From the NCBI GenBank assembly GCA_045863295.1, contig BTWA01000005.1, positions 160,001 to 224,000 on the forward strand: a stretch of DNA of 64,000 nucleotides, given 5' to 3'. Positions 49,664 to 60,628 of the stretch are shown here, piece after piece. Position numbers and translations under genes: made by a program. The notes under the pieces are model-generated. The model saw only the letters and a program-made list of their open reading frames with translations. It was not told the DNA's origin and made no database searches. The first letter of the stretch is position 1. Each line of letters opens with the position of its first letter. The DNA comes from Candidatus Hydrogenedentota bacterium. GTDB lineage: Bacteria > Hydrogenedentota > Hydrogenedentia > Hydrogenedentales > SLHB01.

Positions 49664-52024
49664 ATGAAGCGACTCATTCTCACGCTTGGGGCGGTGGTGG
49701 CGTGGTCGGGAATTCCCGCCTGGGCTATTGGCGGAACGCCGCTACCAGGCTGTTTCCAGACGCTCTGGGTTGCACCGTATTGCCAAGAGACCGTCATTCA
49801 CCCTGGCGATACTCAGGCAATTGACCTGCCCATTTCGCTGGTACTGTTCGCGGATTGGGATTTGGCGGGCGGGTGCTCCCAGCCGACGGCGGCTTCTCTG
49901 GCCCTGTTCTTGAAAGCGACACCCGCGGCAGGTGGTTCGCCCATAACATTGGGACCACTAAGTGTGCCTGTGGCGACGCCGACGATTCCGGGTGAACAAC
50001 CGGCCCCGGGTGGTGGAGAAGTGACTTGGACATTGCCCGCCGGTTTCCTGCCGATTGCGCAGGCTCCCTATACCTGCGAAATCTCGGTGACCTATTCAAT
50101 TACCTTTGGCGCGGGTACCGGGGCAGGCGTGGCAACCGCCACAGGCAAGACAGATTTGGGGATTGCCGCACAGCAGACCAACACGCCGCTGGTTGGCAAA
50201 CTGGAAATGGAGCGTCTAGACCCCGGCGATGGCGGGAAGTTCACCGGCCGGCCGGGAGACCAATTTATCCAATATTACCGGGTCCGGAATAACGACCGGC
50301 AGAATGCGGCCAGTCTTACATTTCAATCAAGTACCGATCAGGTGGGCCGCCTCCCCAGCGGGGTAAACGTCGACCAAACGTATTACTCCATTGCGTCGCC
50401 GGTGCCCGGCCAGGAGAATTTTCCACAGGCGTTTGCCGATGCACTGCCGGAAGGCGGGTTTGTGCCTTTACCCAATCCGCTAGACGCGGTTGTAGACGGA
50501 TCGATTTCTCGATCCCTGAACATCCCCGCGCATGGTGTGGCGATAGTTGCCGTGGCTGTGCGATCGTATGGTGCGTCTGACCCGGGATCGGCATGTATCG
50601 TGAGAGCCAAGGTGACCGGTACGTTTGCAGGTGGCGCCCAAGCACTGGGATCGGTGAGTTCCGTGTTTCTAGTGGGTACTGCAGCGGCAGTTTCTCCCAC
50701 GTGTCTAATTACGGACACAGTCGCTTCAGAAACAACCGTTACCGCATTGTGGTCCGCAGCGACGATAAATGGAAATCAAGCCATTAAGATTCAGAACCGG
50801 GGCAATCTTTCGGAAGCAGACGGTGGACCGGGCACGTTGACGCAGGGTGCGACAGTACCCGGCGCAACCGTTCCTCCGACAAGCACCGGCACGGCCCGAA
50901 CGGAAGAGTTGCCCGACACGGCAACCTATGAAGCGCGTAAAGACCCGGGCCTGCCACTGGAACAAATCAACACGGTTACTATATTGGGGCTTTCCAATGT
51001 AGCCACCGTCTCGGTTCCCTTTATTTCCTATACACCGTATCCTGCTGATTTCGAGATTACCGTCGATTTGGATATCGATGAAATTGCCGTATTTGACCGG
51101 GAGCTCGGCGTTTTTCTGATTCGTATGCCGTTCAGCACGCTGCCGGCCAACCCGGTGGCAGGCATGACCGTGGACCCCGACACGGATCGCACGTTCATGA
51201 TCGACTGCAGTCAGCAAGCCCTGCCCATGCTTGGGGCCTTGCCGCCGGCCTTTGGCGGAATCGTGGATGAGGCCATGCCAGACCCGGAATTGTTTGCGAT
51301 CGTGAATCTGCGCACCGGTGACAAGGTGGCTTGGACGGCGGCGGGTGCGGTTCCGGGGATAGGCTTGGCGAGCGCGGCAGGCGCGGCGGGCGAAGATCTG
51401 GAAGTGGAGTTCACGACCGCTTTGCTGGATGTGGCCCCGGCGACCACCCAAGCCATTCTGATGGTCGATAGTCCAGGGTCAATCAACACGCCCATCCGGC
51501 TTCCTGTAGCGGCGCGGAGGCCTGATTTCGACGACGACGGAATTCCGGACGCAGACGACAATTGCCCCACAACCGCCAATGTAAGCCAGTTGGATACCGA
51601 CGGCGATGGCGCGGGCGATGCGTGCGACAATTGCCTGTCTACAGCCAACCCCGACCAGTTGGATACGGACGGTGATGGCTTGGGAGATTTGTGCGACAGT
51701 TGCACCGGCGACCCAAACCTCGATCAAGCGGATATGGACGGCGATGGCGTGGGTGACATCTGTGACAACTGCATTTCTACCTTTAACCCCGATCAGGCCG
51801 ATACTGACGGCGGCGGCGTCGGAGATGCTTGCGATGCATTTCCACGATGTGATCAGTTGGACAAGAAATCGGCGCATGCGGCAACGACCGGCGTCGGAGC
51901 GACAGGCACTTCAGCCATACCCGGACCTCGGTCGGTATTTTTTGATTTGCTGGCTATGGCCACAGGGGTGAGCCTTGTACTGACCATGGGCCGTCGAATT
52001 ACGCGCACGCGCAAGTCGGTATAG
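49664..52024 (+). CDS. Secreted surface protein with thrombospondin type-3 repeats and C-terminal TM anchor
   Basis: Signal peptide; DNC...N.DQ.D.DGDG.GD.C repeats; terminal hydrophobic helix + basic tail. Confidence 0.85.
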   Translation: MKRLILTLGAVVAWSGIPAWAIGGTPLPGCFQTLWVAPYCQETVIHPGDTQAIDLPISLVLFADWDLAGGCSQPTAASLALFLKATPAAGGSPITLGPLSVPVATPTIPGEQPAPGGGEVTWTLPAGFLPIAQAPYTCEISVTYSITFGAGTGAGVATATGKTDLGIAAQQTNTPLVGKLEMERLDPGDGGKFTGRPGDQFIQYYRVRNNDRQNAASLTFQSSTDQVGRLPSGVNVDQTYYSIASPVPGQENFPQAFADALPEGGFVPLPNPLDAVVDGSISRSLNIPAHGVAIVAVAVRSYGASDPGSACIVRAKVTGTFAGGAQALGSVSSVFLVGTAAAVSPTCLITDTVASETTVTALWSAATINGNQAIKIQNRGNLSEADGGPGTLTQGATVPGATVPPTSTGTARTEELPDTATYEARKDPGLPLEQINTVTILGLSNVATVSVPFISYTPYPADFEITVDLDIDEIAVFDRELGVFLIRMPFSTLPANPVAGMTVDPDTDRTFMIDCSQQALPMLGALPPAFGGIVDEAMPDPELFAIVNLRTGDKVAWTAAGAVPGIGLASAAGAAGEDLEVEFTTALLDVAPATTQAILMVDSPGSINTPIRLPVAARRPDFDDDGIPDADDNCPTTANVSQLDTDGDGAGDACDNCLSTANPDQLDTDGDGLGDLCDSCTGDPNLDQADMDGDGVGDICDNCISTFNPDQADTDGGGVGDACDAFPRCDQLDKKSAHAATTGVGATGTSAIPGPRSVFFDLLAMATGVSLVLTMGRRITRTRKSV
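51524..51845 (+). repeat. TSP type-3 Ca-binding repeats (about 23 aa units, four to five copies)
   Basis: Visible at both DNA and protein level. Confidence 0.85.
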
Positions 52025-52045
52025 ACGGGGTTCGGAAATTGGAGC

Positions 52046-52085
52046 AAACCCGACGTTGGCCAAGCGGGGCCGGCGCCGGGTTTTT
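52046..52085 (+). terminator. Intrinsic terminator
   Basis: AAACCCGACGTTGGCC-AAGCGG-GGCCGGCGCCGGGTTT then T run. Confidence 0.65.
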
Positions 52086-52238
52086 CATTTCCCTCATTTT
52101 AAGTAGACACGCCTGTAGTCTGAAATGAGCGAAGTGACACCACGGTATGATTGTTGACGGAGTTTATATGTTTGCGCATTTCGGCGCTGCGCGTGTAAGT
52201 CGCTGAAAACAAAGTTTTTATCAATATAATTGGCACAT

Positions 52239-52254
52239 TGGCACTTCCCTTGCT
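52239..52254 (+). promoter_or_regulatory. Sigma54 promoter
   Basis: TGGCAC-TTCCC-TTGCT, near-consensus -24/-12. Confidence 0.75.
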
Positions 52255-52356
52255 CTCTCATTAGAGCAGAAAATTTCTACCTGCCTTCAATGCAGGCCCA
52301 TTCCCTTGCCTAAAAACACAATCGCCGGAACTCTACCGGCAGGAGAAGTACTCGTC

Positions 52357-53142
52357 GTGAACAAAGGATTCTTAATAGACATGGACGGCGTCATTTATCG
52401 CGGGAATTCGCTTATACCCGGTGCGGATACATTTGTCCGGTATTTGTTGGACAAGAACATCCCATTTCTGTTTTTGACCAATAACAGCCAGCGAACCCGT
52501 CGGGACATAGCCATGAAGTTAGCGCGGATGGGTATGCCAGTCGAGGATCGTCACATCTTCACTTGCGCCATGGCTACCGCACGGTATCTCGCATGGCAAA
52601 AGCCTCACGGAACCGCGTTTGTGATAGGCGAAGGTGGCCTGTTTCAAGCCATGCACAACAACGGTTATGCCATTGTGGACAGCGACCCCGACTACGTTGT
52701 TGTAGGCGAAGGGCGCACGCTGACGTTTGAAATGATAGAGAAGGCTGTCGGCATGGTTCTAAAGGGAGCGAAGCTCGTGGCTACAAACCCCGATCCAAAT
52801 TGTCCGACAGCAGAAGGCATGCGTCCGGGCTGCGGGGCAATTGTGGCCATGTTGGAGAAAGCAACCGGTATAGAAGCGTTCAGCGTGGGCAAGCCGAGTC
52901 CGGTGATGATGCGCGCGGCACGCAAGGAATTGGGTTTGACCGCGGAGGAGACCACCATGATCGGCGATACCATGGAGACCGATATATTGGGTGGTGTGCA
53001 GATGGGGTACCACACGGTATTGGTATTGACGGGAGGAACCCGTCCCGAAGATTTAAAACGATACGCGTATCGGCCCGATCGAATAGTGGAATCGATAGCG
53101 GAATTGTGCCCTGCGGAGTACCGTGCGGGTCACGCGGCCTGA
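52357..53142 (+). CDS. nagD: HAD-IIA family phosphatase (NagD-like)
   Basis: DMDG, LTNN, GKPS, IGDTMETDI motifs; AGGAG RBS before GTG. Confidence 0.85.
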   Translation: MNKGFLIDMDGVIYRGNSLIPGADTFVRYLLDKNIPFLFLTNNSQRTRRDIAMKLARMGMPVEDRHIFTCAMATARYLAWQKPHGTAFVIGEGGLFQAMHNNGYAIVDSDPDYVVVGEGRTLTFEMIEKAVGMVLKGAKLVATNPDPNCPTAEGMRPGCGAIVAMLEKATGIEAFSVGKPSPVMMRAARKELGLTAEETTMIGDTMETDILGGVQMGYHTVLVLTGGTRPEDLKRYAYRPDRIVESIAELCPAEYRAGHAA

Positions 53143-53234
53143 CTGATCGCGACCGCAGGATTCATAAGCCAGCCGTCTACCCATGCGAAACCCGGCAGGC
53201 ATGTGTCCTGGTGGTCCAATACGGGGCGTTGTAC

Positions 53235-53270
53235 GGGCCTCCCTCGTCGGCGAGGGAGGCCCTTCTGAAT
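53235..53270 (+). terminator. Probable terminator after nagD-like gene
   Basis: Perfect 12-bp stem GGGCCTCCCTCG-TCGG-CGAGGGAGGCCC. Confidence 0.7.
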
Positions 53271-53437
53271 TTGACCGCGAGGCGCGCTTGAACTGCATTC
53301 GATTTCTCTTGCCAACGTCTGTGTGGGACTTCTTCGTTGGAAATGCAACTTAAATGGGCGTATAACGGATACAATGTGAACCGGCTGGGTTGTTATTTGG
53401 GGCCGGTCGATTCCTACCTGTCCCGGAGGTGCCTGTT

Positions 53438-54466
53438 TTGAAAGCCACGTCACGCCTGATCTTCATAATTGCCATGATGATATTTACCGTTGTGTCGATG
53501 TGCACAACGTATATTAGTCTAAGCGAATCCATGCTTCCCAAGCCTATTGTCAATATCACGTTTGGTCCCGGTTCTGTATGGAGTTGTTCAGTGCTCGCGT
53601 TGGGCATGTCGGTGGCAATTGGGCTTATGCTCTTTGCGCTGAAGATTGCCATTATTGACGAACATAAGCGGCTGAATTTGTTTGGCGTGGTTGGGTTGGT
53701 CTTCGTAGGCTTCATTTCGATTGCGTTTAATATAGACGTGTTCTACCGCGCGATGGAGCAAGATTTTATGATAAGACACTCTACGGACACCATGCGCGGC
53801 GCGTACGAGGACTTCCTTGTCGAGGCCCAGGCCAAGCTGCAGATCAGGCGCGAGGAAGCGATGAAGATAGTCGCCAAGCAGGAAGGCGAACTGGAGGCGG
53901 AGATCAAGGGGTTGCGCGAGGCCCCGGCAGGCTATGGACCTCGGGCTCGTGAAGAGGACCATCAGTTAACGATTATGAGTAAGCAGGCGGAAGTCGACTT
54001 GGTAACCGTGAACGAAGCCATTGCGGTAAAACAGGAAGCCGATGCGCTCCTTGCCTCGGCGTTGCCCAAGACGGTAGACGATATTCAAACACTTCAGAAT
54101 GAGCTTCGCGTGAAGTTGAAAGACGTGGCCGCAATTGCCGGCATTCCCCTGCCCGAGGCCGTTGCAACGGAGAATCCACTTTTCGCTGTATTCAATCGTG
54201 TCTTTGATTTTTCGCGCTTCGGCGCCAAGGAAGGTTGCGTTATTTTCATCGCATTGCTGCTGGACCTAGGCGATATTATTGGATATACGATGGTGCCGGA
54301 TCAGAAGAAGAAGAAAACGAAGGAACCGGTGGACAAGCCGGTGACTCCTCACGTCCATTACAAAGAGGACCCCATCGTGGCGTCGTTGCCAACGAGTCTT
54401 CCTACGATGAGCAGTTCAGAGATGCCATTTGAACTGGCTCCGCTGGATCATCGCGATCCCGATTAA
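53438..54466 (+). CDS. Membrane protein with coiled-coil (DUF4407-like)
   Basis: Three N-terminal TMs, coiled coil with E..G.....GYGP, further TM; GGAGG RBS before TTG. Confidence 0.65.
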   Translation: MKATSRLIFIIAMMIFTVVSMCTTYISLSESMLPKPIVNITFGPGSVWSCSVLALGMSVAIGLMLFALKIAIIDEHKRLNLFGVVGLVFVGFISIAFNIDVFYRAMEQDFMIRHSTDTMRGAYEDFLVEAQAKLQIRREEAMKIVAKQEGELEAEIKGLREAPAGYGPRAREEDHQLTIMSKQAEVDLVTVNEAIAVKQEADALLASALPKTVDDIQTLQNELRVKLKDVAAIAGIPLPEAVATENPLFAVFNRVFDFSRFGAKEGCVIFIALLLDLGDIIGYTMVPDQKKKKTKEPVDKPVTPHVHYKEDPIVASLPTSLPTMSSSEMPFELAPLDHRDPD

Positions 54467-54567
54467 CGCTAGATCAGGTTTGCTCGGGTTGCGCCACGTG
54501 CGTACGCGTACGTGTTCGCAGGTCAAACATATTTTCGTTTTGTCTTGTGCTTTATATTGGGACAACC

Positions 54568-55908
54568 ATGCGTAATCAGAGTTTCAAAGCGATCGCGTGC
54601 CTCCTGTTTTCCGGTGTAGCATTTGCGCAATCGAATGTTCCGGACGGTTGGAGGCCCGCAGCCGTGCGGGACGAGATCAAGCCGCGGTTTGAATATGTCG
54701 CCGAGGGCGGCATAGACGGCGGCGAATGCTTTGTAATCGCCAGCGATGGGCGTGCCCAATTGGAGGGCTGGTGGGAGCGTACACTCCCAGTGGAAGGCGG
54801 TACATGGTACCGGTTCAGCGCTTGGCGCAAGACATCCAACGTGGCCCATCCCCAACGATCCGTGCTGGCACGTGTGCAATGGCGCGATCCCAGCGGCGGG
54901 CAAGTGCGGCACGATTTCGAAGGGGCTCACACGTTCGATCCCGGTGCAAAGCCGGTTTCGGAACCTGAGTATCCGATGGATGGAGTAACCAATCCGGAAG
55001 GTTGGACGGAAGTCTCCGGAGTGTACCGAGCGCCGGCCGGAGCTTCACAGGCCATTGTGGAATTGTATTTGCGGTGGGCGACTAATGCCGAGGTTCAATG
55101 GAGCGGTGTAGAGCTGGATGCCATTGAACCGCCAACGCCCCGCAAGGTACGGCTCGCTGCAATCCATTACACGCCTTCCGGCGGCGCGTCCGCGGATGAT
55201 GTGCGGAAGCAGTTTTCGCCGCTGATTGCCGAGGCTGCGGCAAGGAAAGCGGACCTTGTCGTTCTGCCGGAGACACTGACATGCACTGGCAATGGCCTGA
55301 CGTATTTCGACGTAGCGGAACCGGTGCCGGGGCCATCGACCGAATATTTCGGGTCACTCGCGAGGCAGCATGGCCTTTATCTTGTGGCGGGCATTGTTGA
55401 GCGCGATGGTCACTTGATCTACAACACGGGTGTGCTGATTGATCCGGAAGGCAATCTAGCGGGCAAGTACAGGAAGGTTGCGCTGCCGCGTACCGAAATT
55501 GTCATGGGCATAGCGCCCGGCGACGAGTATCCCGTGTTTGATACAAAGTTCGGCAAGCTGGGCATTATGATTTGTTACGATGGCTTTTTCCCCGAAGTGG
55601 CCCGCCAACTTCGCATGAACGGCGCGGAAGTGATCGCCTTTCCAGTGGCGGGATGCAATCCAATGCTGGCTGCGGCAAGGGCGTGCGAGAATCATGTGTA
55701 CATCGTGAGCAGCACGTACTGCGACGTGTCGCTCAATTGGATGGTATCGGGCATCTTCGATCAGGAAGGACGCGTCATCGCACAGGCCAAGGAATGGGGC
55801 ACGGTAGCCGTTGCGGAAGTCGATCTGAACGAGCGATTGTATTGGTCCAGTCTGGGCGATTTTAAGAATGAACTAGTGCGGCTGAGGCCGCTTTGGCCAG
55901 GGGAATAA
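54568..55908 (+). CDS. Secreted carbon-nitrogen hydrolase (nitrilase superfamily) with N-terminal beta-sandwich
   Basis: LPE, YRK, ICYD triad; signal peptide. Confidence 0.88.
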   Translation: MRNQSFKAIACLLFSGVAFAQSNVPDGWRPAAVRDEIKPRFEYVAEGGIDGGECFVIASDGRAQLEGWWERTLPVEGGTWYRFSAWRKTSNVAHPQRSVLARVQWRDPSGGQVRHDFEGAHTFDPGAKPVSEPEYPMDGVTNPEGWTEVSGVYRAPAGASQAIVELYLRWATNAEVQWSGVELDAIEPPTPRKVRLAAIHYTPSGGASADDVRKQFSPLIAEAAARKADLVVLPETLTCTGNGLTYFDVAEPVPGPSTEYFGSLARQHGLYLVAGIVERDGHLIYNTGVLIDPEGNLAGKYRKVALPRTEIVMGIAPGDEYPVFDTKFGKLGIMICYDGFFPEVARQLRMNGAEVIAFPVAGCNPMLAAARACENHVYIVSSTYCDVSLNWMVSGIFDQEGRVIAQAKEWGTVAVAEVDLNERLYWSSLGDFKNELVRLRPLWPGE

Positions 55909-55960
55909 TCGTCCGAGCCAATCGCCGCACATTCAATAGTGAAGACGTTTTTCATCGTAC

Positions 55961-56281
55961 TCAATTTCTCGTCATGACAGCAGAGGCAGTTCCCCGCTTT
56001 TCAAAGCGAAAGCGGATGATTACGGCAAGCACAGCCACAATAATGGCGATTCCACTTGCGGCCATGATTAAGAACCGAACCTTCCAGTTAGATATATATT
56101 CGCCTTGGGTCGCCTCTAACAATCCTTCCAAATCGCTGACCCGTACACGAATTTCCTGCAAGTCAGAATCGTGGTCAACCAATACGTGTTCCAAATTGGC
56201 TTGTTCCACAAACCAGTATTCCGGTTCATAAAGAAAAACATAATGGAAATTGCCGACAATCAGGAGTGCGGCAATCGCCAT
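55961..56281 (-). CDS. Small two-TM hypothetical protein (start uncertain, up to 56365)
   Basis: Two hydrophobic segments flanking a short coiled coil. Confidence 0.5.
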   Translation of the reverse strand: MAIAALLIVGNFHYVFLYEPEYWFVEQANLEHVLVDHDSDLQEIRVRVSDLEGLLEATQGEYISNWKVRFLIMAASGIAIIVAVLAVIIRFRFEKRGTASAVMTRN

Positions 56282-56334
56282 GATCCACGCTTCCGGCCTG
56301 TTTAGAATCCGGCTCAAGCGAGTGCCGTAAGAAC

Positions 56335-58584
56335 TCACTGAAGTTGTTCCAGTAGCGCCCTGCAATTGATTGTTTTTTCAACCAGATCGATGGGAACGAA
56401 GAAATAGTGGTTCGTGGCCTCATAACCGATACGGGAATCGCTGGTTTGCAGAGCGAATTCACTTCGGGCGAGCCGAATTTCGTCCTCCAGCAATTGAATC
56501 ATCGACTGTCGCCGTGCGGACTTTTCCTCTTCTCGGGTGGCCGCGTTGAGCTCGTCGCGGGCGACTACGAATCGCACTTGATTTGCCACACTCTGGTAGT
56601 GGATGGCGACTGTTTCAGCGATATTTCGCTCCTTACGCAATGCCGCTTGATGCTCTGGCGCGATTTCCTTGGCGACTGTGGCCAAGGCGACGTCGAGTTC
56701 CTTCAAGGCTACCTCGAATCCGTCCGCGATCTTTTCGAATTGGTCAGCAAAGACTTCGGGCGGAAACTGACCGCGCCAGCCGTTGAGGTCGTCATACGGT
56801 ATGCCGACCATAGTGGCTTTGTAGTTTGTCGGTTCCAACCATAGGATGTTTGACGGTCCGACGTGTTGAGGCGCGTTGTAGACCGTGGCGCCGTTGTACG
56901 GAAACTCGCTGAAGGCGCGGCTCATGGAACGCCACGCGCCGACCATCGCCGGACCGGCCACTTCGCCAAACCGCCGTATGGCCACCTTACGCATTGCTTC
57001 GGTGGGGATAAGTGACTTGTTCCGCCCCATCTCGGCGACAACCTCCAAATTAGGCGAAGGATAGCCCCCCAAGGTCCAGCCCAGCATTAGTCCATCGACA
57101 TTGGCGTCGCGGAGATTGGCCGCGTGCCGTGCGACATTTTCGAGTGCGGGTACATACGGAACCGATCCGATTTCCCACGTGGTGCCCGCTTGGATTTTCG
57201 CAAGAGTCTTCATTCCACGTTCGCGCGCGGCGGCCCAGTGTCGAGTTGCACGCGGCCCCGGGCCGATGGTGGATATCGAGTATTCACCCACAACACTTTC
57301 AATACCGCCGCGCGTGATTGGAATGCTCCACTCACTGACGCTCATGAGCTTTGCTTCTTGCGGCAAAGAATGGATTGCATCTACGGCCCATTCATCTTGC
57401 CAGCCCCAGTCCCATGCAATGAGTCGCGTGGCGGCACCGGCTTGCACAATGCCTTGCTGAATCGTGGTGTGCAATTCACTTATCACGTCGGAGGCCGGCC
57501 TGAGACTACATCTCGGACACCCTTCGCCAGTGTGGTGTGACCAGCAGTTTGTCAAGTTCTCTGAAGCGCTGATGGTGAAATAACCGGCAAGATCGGGCAC
57601 GGATTTGGAAATGAGCGCAATGGATTCCCTGATGTAGTCTCGCACCTCCGGCGCACTGGTGCACAGCGCGGCGTAATCGCCTTCCACAACGCCTCTAAAG
57701 TCGGGGTGGGCCTCGTAGAAAGGAAGCGGCATCGCGCGTGGCTCATTGAGATATAGATACACGCCGATCCCGTATTTTCTGCACTTCTCCACGAGGCTTT
57801 TCAGTGCGCGAAGACGTTCTTCATAGCGGTCGCTCAACGATGGGTTCCATGGAAACGGCGCGAGTTTGTACAGCACGGCCTGAAGCCATACCCCGTCCAC
57901 GCCCGACGCCGCGAGACGCGCCAAGTATCCATCGGGATAGGGGTCAAGTTCGTGATCAAGCAATGGATCACCGTAGAGGGCAAAGTAGGAATAGCAGTAC
58001 CTGGGAGAAAACTGGCTTTCCCCAACCGGGGATTCCGATGCTGCCGGAGGTTGCGACAGATCTTTAATAAATGCGAGTAACGGCTCCCCGTCAGGCGCGA
58101 GGCCGTCAGGGAACACCTCGGAAACGGTCTTCGCAATAGTGGCCTGACGTTCGCGGGTTGCGCTGTCGGGCTCAGTGTATTTCAATGGTTCGCACTTCGG
58201 CTTCATCAATCCGAGTTTGACATACAGGAAATCGTCCTCGCGCAACGTGAAAGCGAGTTCTTCCGGTGTCCAGCCCAGCAATATTTCCATCTGATCAAAT
58301 GGCAGAAGATGCCAGTTTCGCCGGATCACCGTAATGTAAGTGCGGCGCTGCAAATCTTCGGAGATCGCCTGTTGATTGGGCAACCCCATGGCTTTGCCCA
58401 GTGCCACAACGTTGGCCGGCGACGTTTGCAGCACCTCCGCCATGCGGTCCACGGGTACAAGCGTCCAATTGCGCCACACAAATGCATGCACCCGGTCGGG
58501 AAAATGCGATAGGGCAACGGGAGGAGTTTCCGACACTGTTGGCAGCGCGGCAGACAACGCAATGAACAATACCGCTAGAGTCAT
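56335..58584 (-). CDS. Secreted hypothetical protein, possible glycoside-hydrolase-like TIM barrel
   Basis: Signal peptide; GIGVYLYLNEPR, SEN.T.C motifs. Confidence 0.7.
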   Translation of the reverse strand: MTLAVLFIALSAALPTVSETPPVALSHFPDRVHAFVWRNWTLVPVDRMAEVLQTSPANVVALGKAMGLPNQQAISEDLQRRTYITVIRRNWHLLPFDQMEILLGWTPEELAFTLREDDFLYVKLGLMKPKCEPLKYTEPDSATRERQATIAKTVSEVFPDGLAPDGEPLLAFIKDLSQPPAASESPVGESQFSPRYCYSYFALYGDPLLDHELDPYPDGYLARLAASGVDGVWLQAVLYKLAPFPWNPSLSDRYEERLRALKSLVEKCRKYGIGVYLYLNEPRAMPLPFYEAHPDFRGVVEGDYAALCTSAPEVRDYIRESIALISKSVPDLAGYFTISASENLTNCWSHHTGEGCPRCSLRPASDVISELHTTIQQGIVQAGAATRLIAWDWGWQDEWAVDAIHSLPQEAKLMSVSEWSIPITRGGIESVVGEYSISTIGPGPRATRHWAAARERGMKTLAKIQAGTTWEIGSVPYVPALENVARHAANLRDANVDGLMLGWTLGGYPSPNLEVVAEMGRNKSLIPTEAMRKVAIRRFGEVAGPAMVGAWRSMSRAFSEFPYNGATVYNAPQHVGPSNILWLEPTNYKATMVGIPYDDLNGWRGQFPPEVFADQFEKIADGFEVALKELDVALATVAKEIAPEHQAALRKERNIAETVAIHYQSVANQVRFVVARDELNAATREEEKSARRQSMIQLLEDEIRLARSEFALQTSDSRIGYEATNHYFFVPIDLVEKTINCRALLEQLQ

Positions 58585-58632
58585 CGAATCTTTCTCCCCG
58601 AGTGCAGGATATCTGCGTTTCGACTTGTGTTG

Positions 58633-60105
58633 TCAGACCGTGGGTTTTGCCAACCGATCCAGCAGCGGATCCTTGATGGCCCGCATGCGCTTGAGGATGG
58701 CATCCTCCAGTTGCTTCTGAATTTCCGCGTACTCGGCCATGTCGATCAAGTTCTTGGTTTCGCCGGGGTCTATGGATAGATGATAAAGCTCATTTTTGCC
58801 TGGGTTCTTGTAGTCAATCATAAGTTTCCACTCTGGAGTCCGGTACATGCGCATGTCGGCTTGTGCGGTGTGGTGCATGCTATATTCGCCGTAAAAGGAA
58901 TCATCCCAAGGAATGGTCTCACCCTTAAGGAGCGGCAGGAAGTCTCGTCCATGTATGGCGGTAGGCGTCTGCGCTTCGATGCCCGCCATGGCCAGTAGCG
59001 TGGGATACCAATCGAGGTTGGTGATGCACTTGTTCATGGTGGATCCCGGCGCGAGGACACCCGGCCAGCGTACAGCTACCGGGACGCGAAGCGAGGTATC
59101 GAACATGTTGGGCCGCTTGCGGAGGGGCTGATCTTCCGACACGTCGCGCAGCGCCTTGGTCATCCAACTCGCATTTCCTTTGTGAATGATCCCGTGGTGC
59201 CCCACGTTGTAGCCATGGTCACTCGAAAAGATCACAATCGTGTTTTCTTCAATTTCCAGTTCCTTGAGGAGATCCATCACGCGGCCGACATTGCGATCGA
59301 CCCCCGACACGCTTTCCAGGTAATCCCTCATGTACTCTTCCACCCGCTCTACATCCAAATCGGGATAATCGGGATTGGGAATAGTCATCTTCCTGTCTTT
59401 GTAGGGGGCCATGTCTTCTTCCGCATGGGGCGGCCACGGACGATGCGGCGAACGATGGTGGATCGAAACCATGAACGGCTGTTTCTTTGCATTTTTTCGG
59501 ATAAAGTCCATGCCAAGATCGGTAATCACATCCACCGTCAAACCAGTGACAACTTTCTTCTCGCCGTCAATCTCCATTTCCGGATTTTCGACGGGAGCAC
59601 CTCCAATTCGGAAACCGGCGAAGTGTTGATATCCGAACACGGAAGGGTGAAACCGATCGGGCACGCCGAGGTGCCATTTGCCGACGAGGCCAGTGGCGTA
59701 GCCGGCATCGCGTAGTGTCTTTACCCACGTGGGCAAGGATGGATCCGCGCCCAGCTCATGTTCGAGTTGCGGTTTGATCCAGTCGGTAATGCCAAACTCA
59801 GTTCCGTAACGGCTCGTCAACAAGCCAAGTCGCGATGGCGAACACACGGGCGTTGTGACGAATGCGTTCGGACAAGTCACGCTTTCGCCGAACAGGCGAT
59901 CCAGATTGGGTGTATAAGCATCAGGCCCTCCGAGCGCGCGTATGGTCCAGGACGCTTGATCGTCGGTGAATATGAACACAATGTTGGGCTGCGTTCCGCC
60001 AGCTGCCGCTGCCCGGAGGGCGGGCAGGCCGCACAAGGCGCCGGTACCGGCTATGCAACATTGGAGGAATGCCCTTCGATCGATTGATGCTGGATGCTTT
60101 TTCAT
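58633..60105 (-). CDS. Tat-exported Cys-type sulfatase
   Basis: DRRAFL Tat motif; CSPSR, GKWHLG, SDHG. Confidence 0.92.
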   Translation of the reverse strand: MKKHPASIDRRAFLQCCIAGTGALCGLPALRAAAAGGTQPNIVFIFTDDQASWTIRALGGPDAYTPNLDRLFGESVTCPNAFVTTPVCSPSRLGLLTSRYGTEFGITDWIKPQLEHELGADPSLPTWVKTLRDAGYATGLVGKWHLGVPDRFHPSVFGYQHFAGFRIGGAPVENPEMEIDGEKKVVTGLTVDVITDLGMDFIRKNAKKQPFMVSIHHRSPHRPWPPHAEEDMAPYKDRKMTIPNPDYPDLDVERVEEYMRDYLESVSGVDRNVGRVMDLLKELEIEENTIVIFSSDHGYNVGHHGIIHKGNASWMTKALRDVSEDQPLRKRPNMFDTSLRVPVAVRWPGVLAPGSTMNKCITNLDWYPTLLAMAGIEAQTPTAIHGRDFLPLLKGETIPWDDSFYGEYSMHHTAQADMRMYRTPEWKLMIDYKNPGKNELYHLSIDPGETKNLIDMAEYAEIQKQLEDAILKRMRAIKDPLLDRLAKPTV

Positions 60106-60193
60106 GAGCCGCTCCATCCCGTATAGTCAGCTTGGATTGTGGAAAATAACCGTACCATAGGAAGTGGCCTTAGGGCCATACCGGCGGGCGCCC

Positions 60194-60628
60194 ATGAGCA
60201 TTGATTGCCTGATACGCTACGCGGAAGAAACCGATCTGACAGCCTTGATGTCCATCAATCCCGGGCAGGCCACCGATGTCCTTGCGTTTCGAATCGGGCG
60301 CAGGGAATTCATCGTGGCCGAGCATAGACATTGCATTGTCGGCTACCTCCGGATCGACCCGGTGTGGAATAAGGTGCCCTTTATCGGAATGATCTGGCTG
60401 GAGCCGGCGTACCGGCGGCAGGGTATCGGGCGGGATTTGCTTGCGTTTCTGGAGTCAGCCATGCGTGATTCGGGTAAGCGCGTGCTATTCAGTTCGTCGC
60501 AAACCAACGAACCCGGAGCACAAGCATGGCACGCACGAATGGGTTTTCGAACCTGCGGTACTTTGGACGATTTTAATGCGCCTGGCATCGGGGAGGTATT
60601 CTTTCGAAAGGAGTTAGGACTGCCATGA
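60194..60628 (+). CDS. GNAT acetyltransferase
   Basis: YRRQGIG acetyl-CoA motif; N..A..W..RMGF. Confidence 0.88.
   Translation: MSIDCLIRYAEETDLTALMSINPGQATDVLAFRIGRREFIVAEHRHCIVGYLRIDPVWNKVPFIGMIWLEPAYRRQGIGRDLLAFLESAMRDSGKRVLFSSSQTNEPGAQAWHARMGFRTCGTLDDFNAPGIGEVFFRKELGLP

Noticed and set aside
51524..51845. Periodic DNA repeats as a CRISPR-like array
   Set aside because: Degenerate, in-frame, and explained by TSP3 protein repeats
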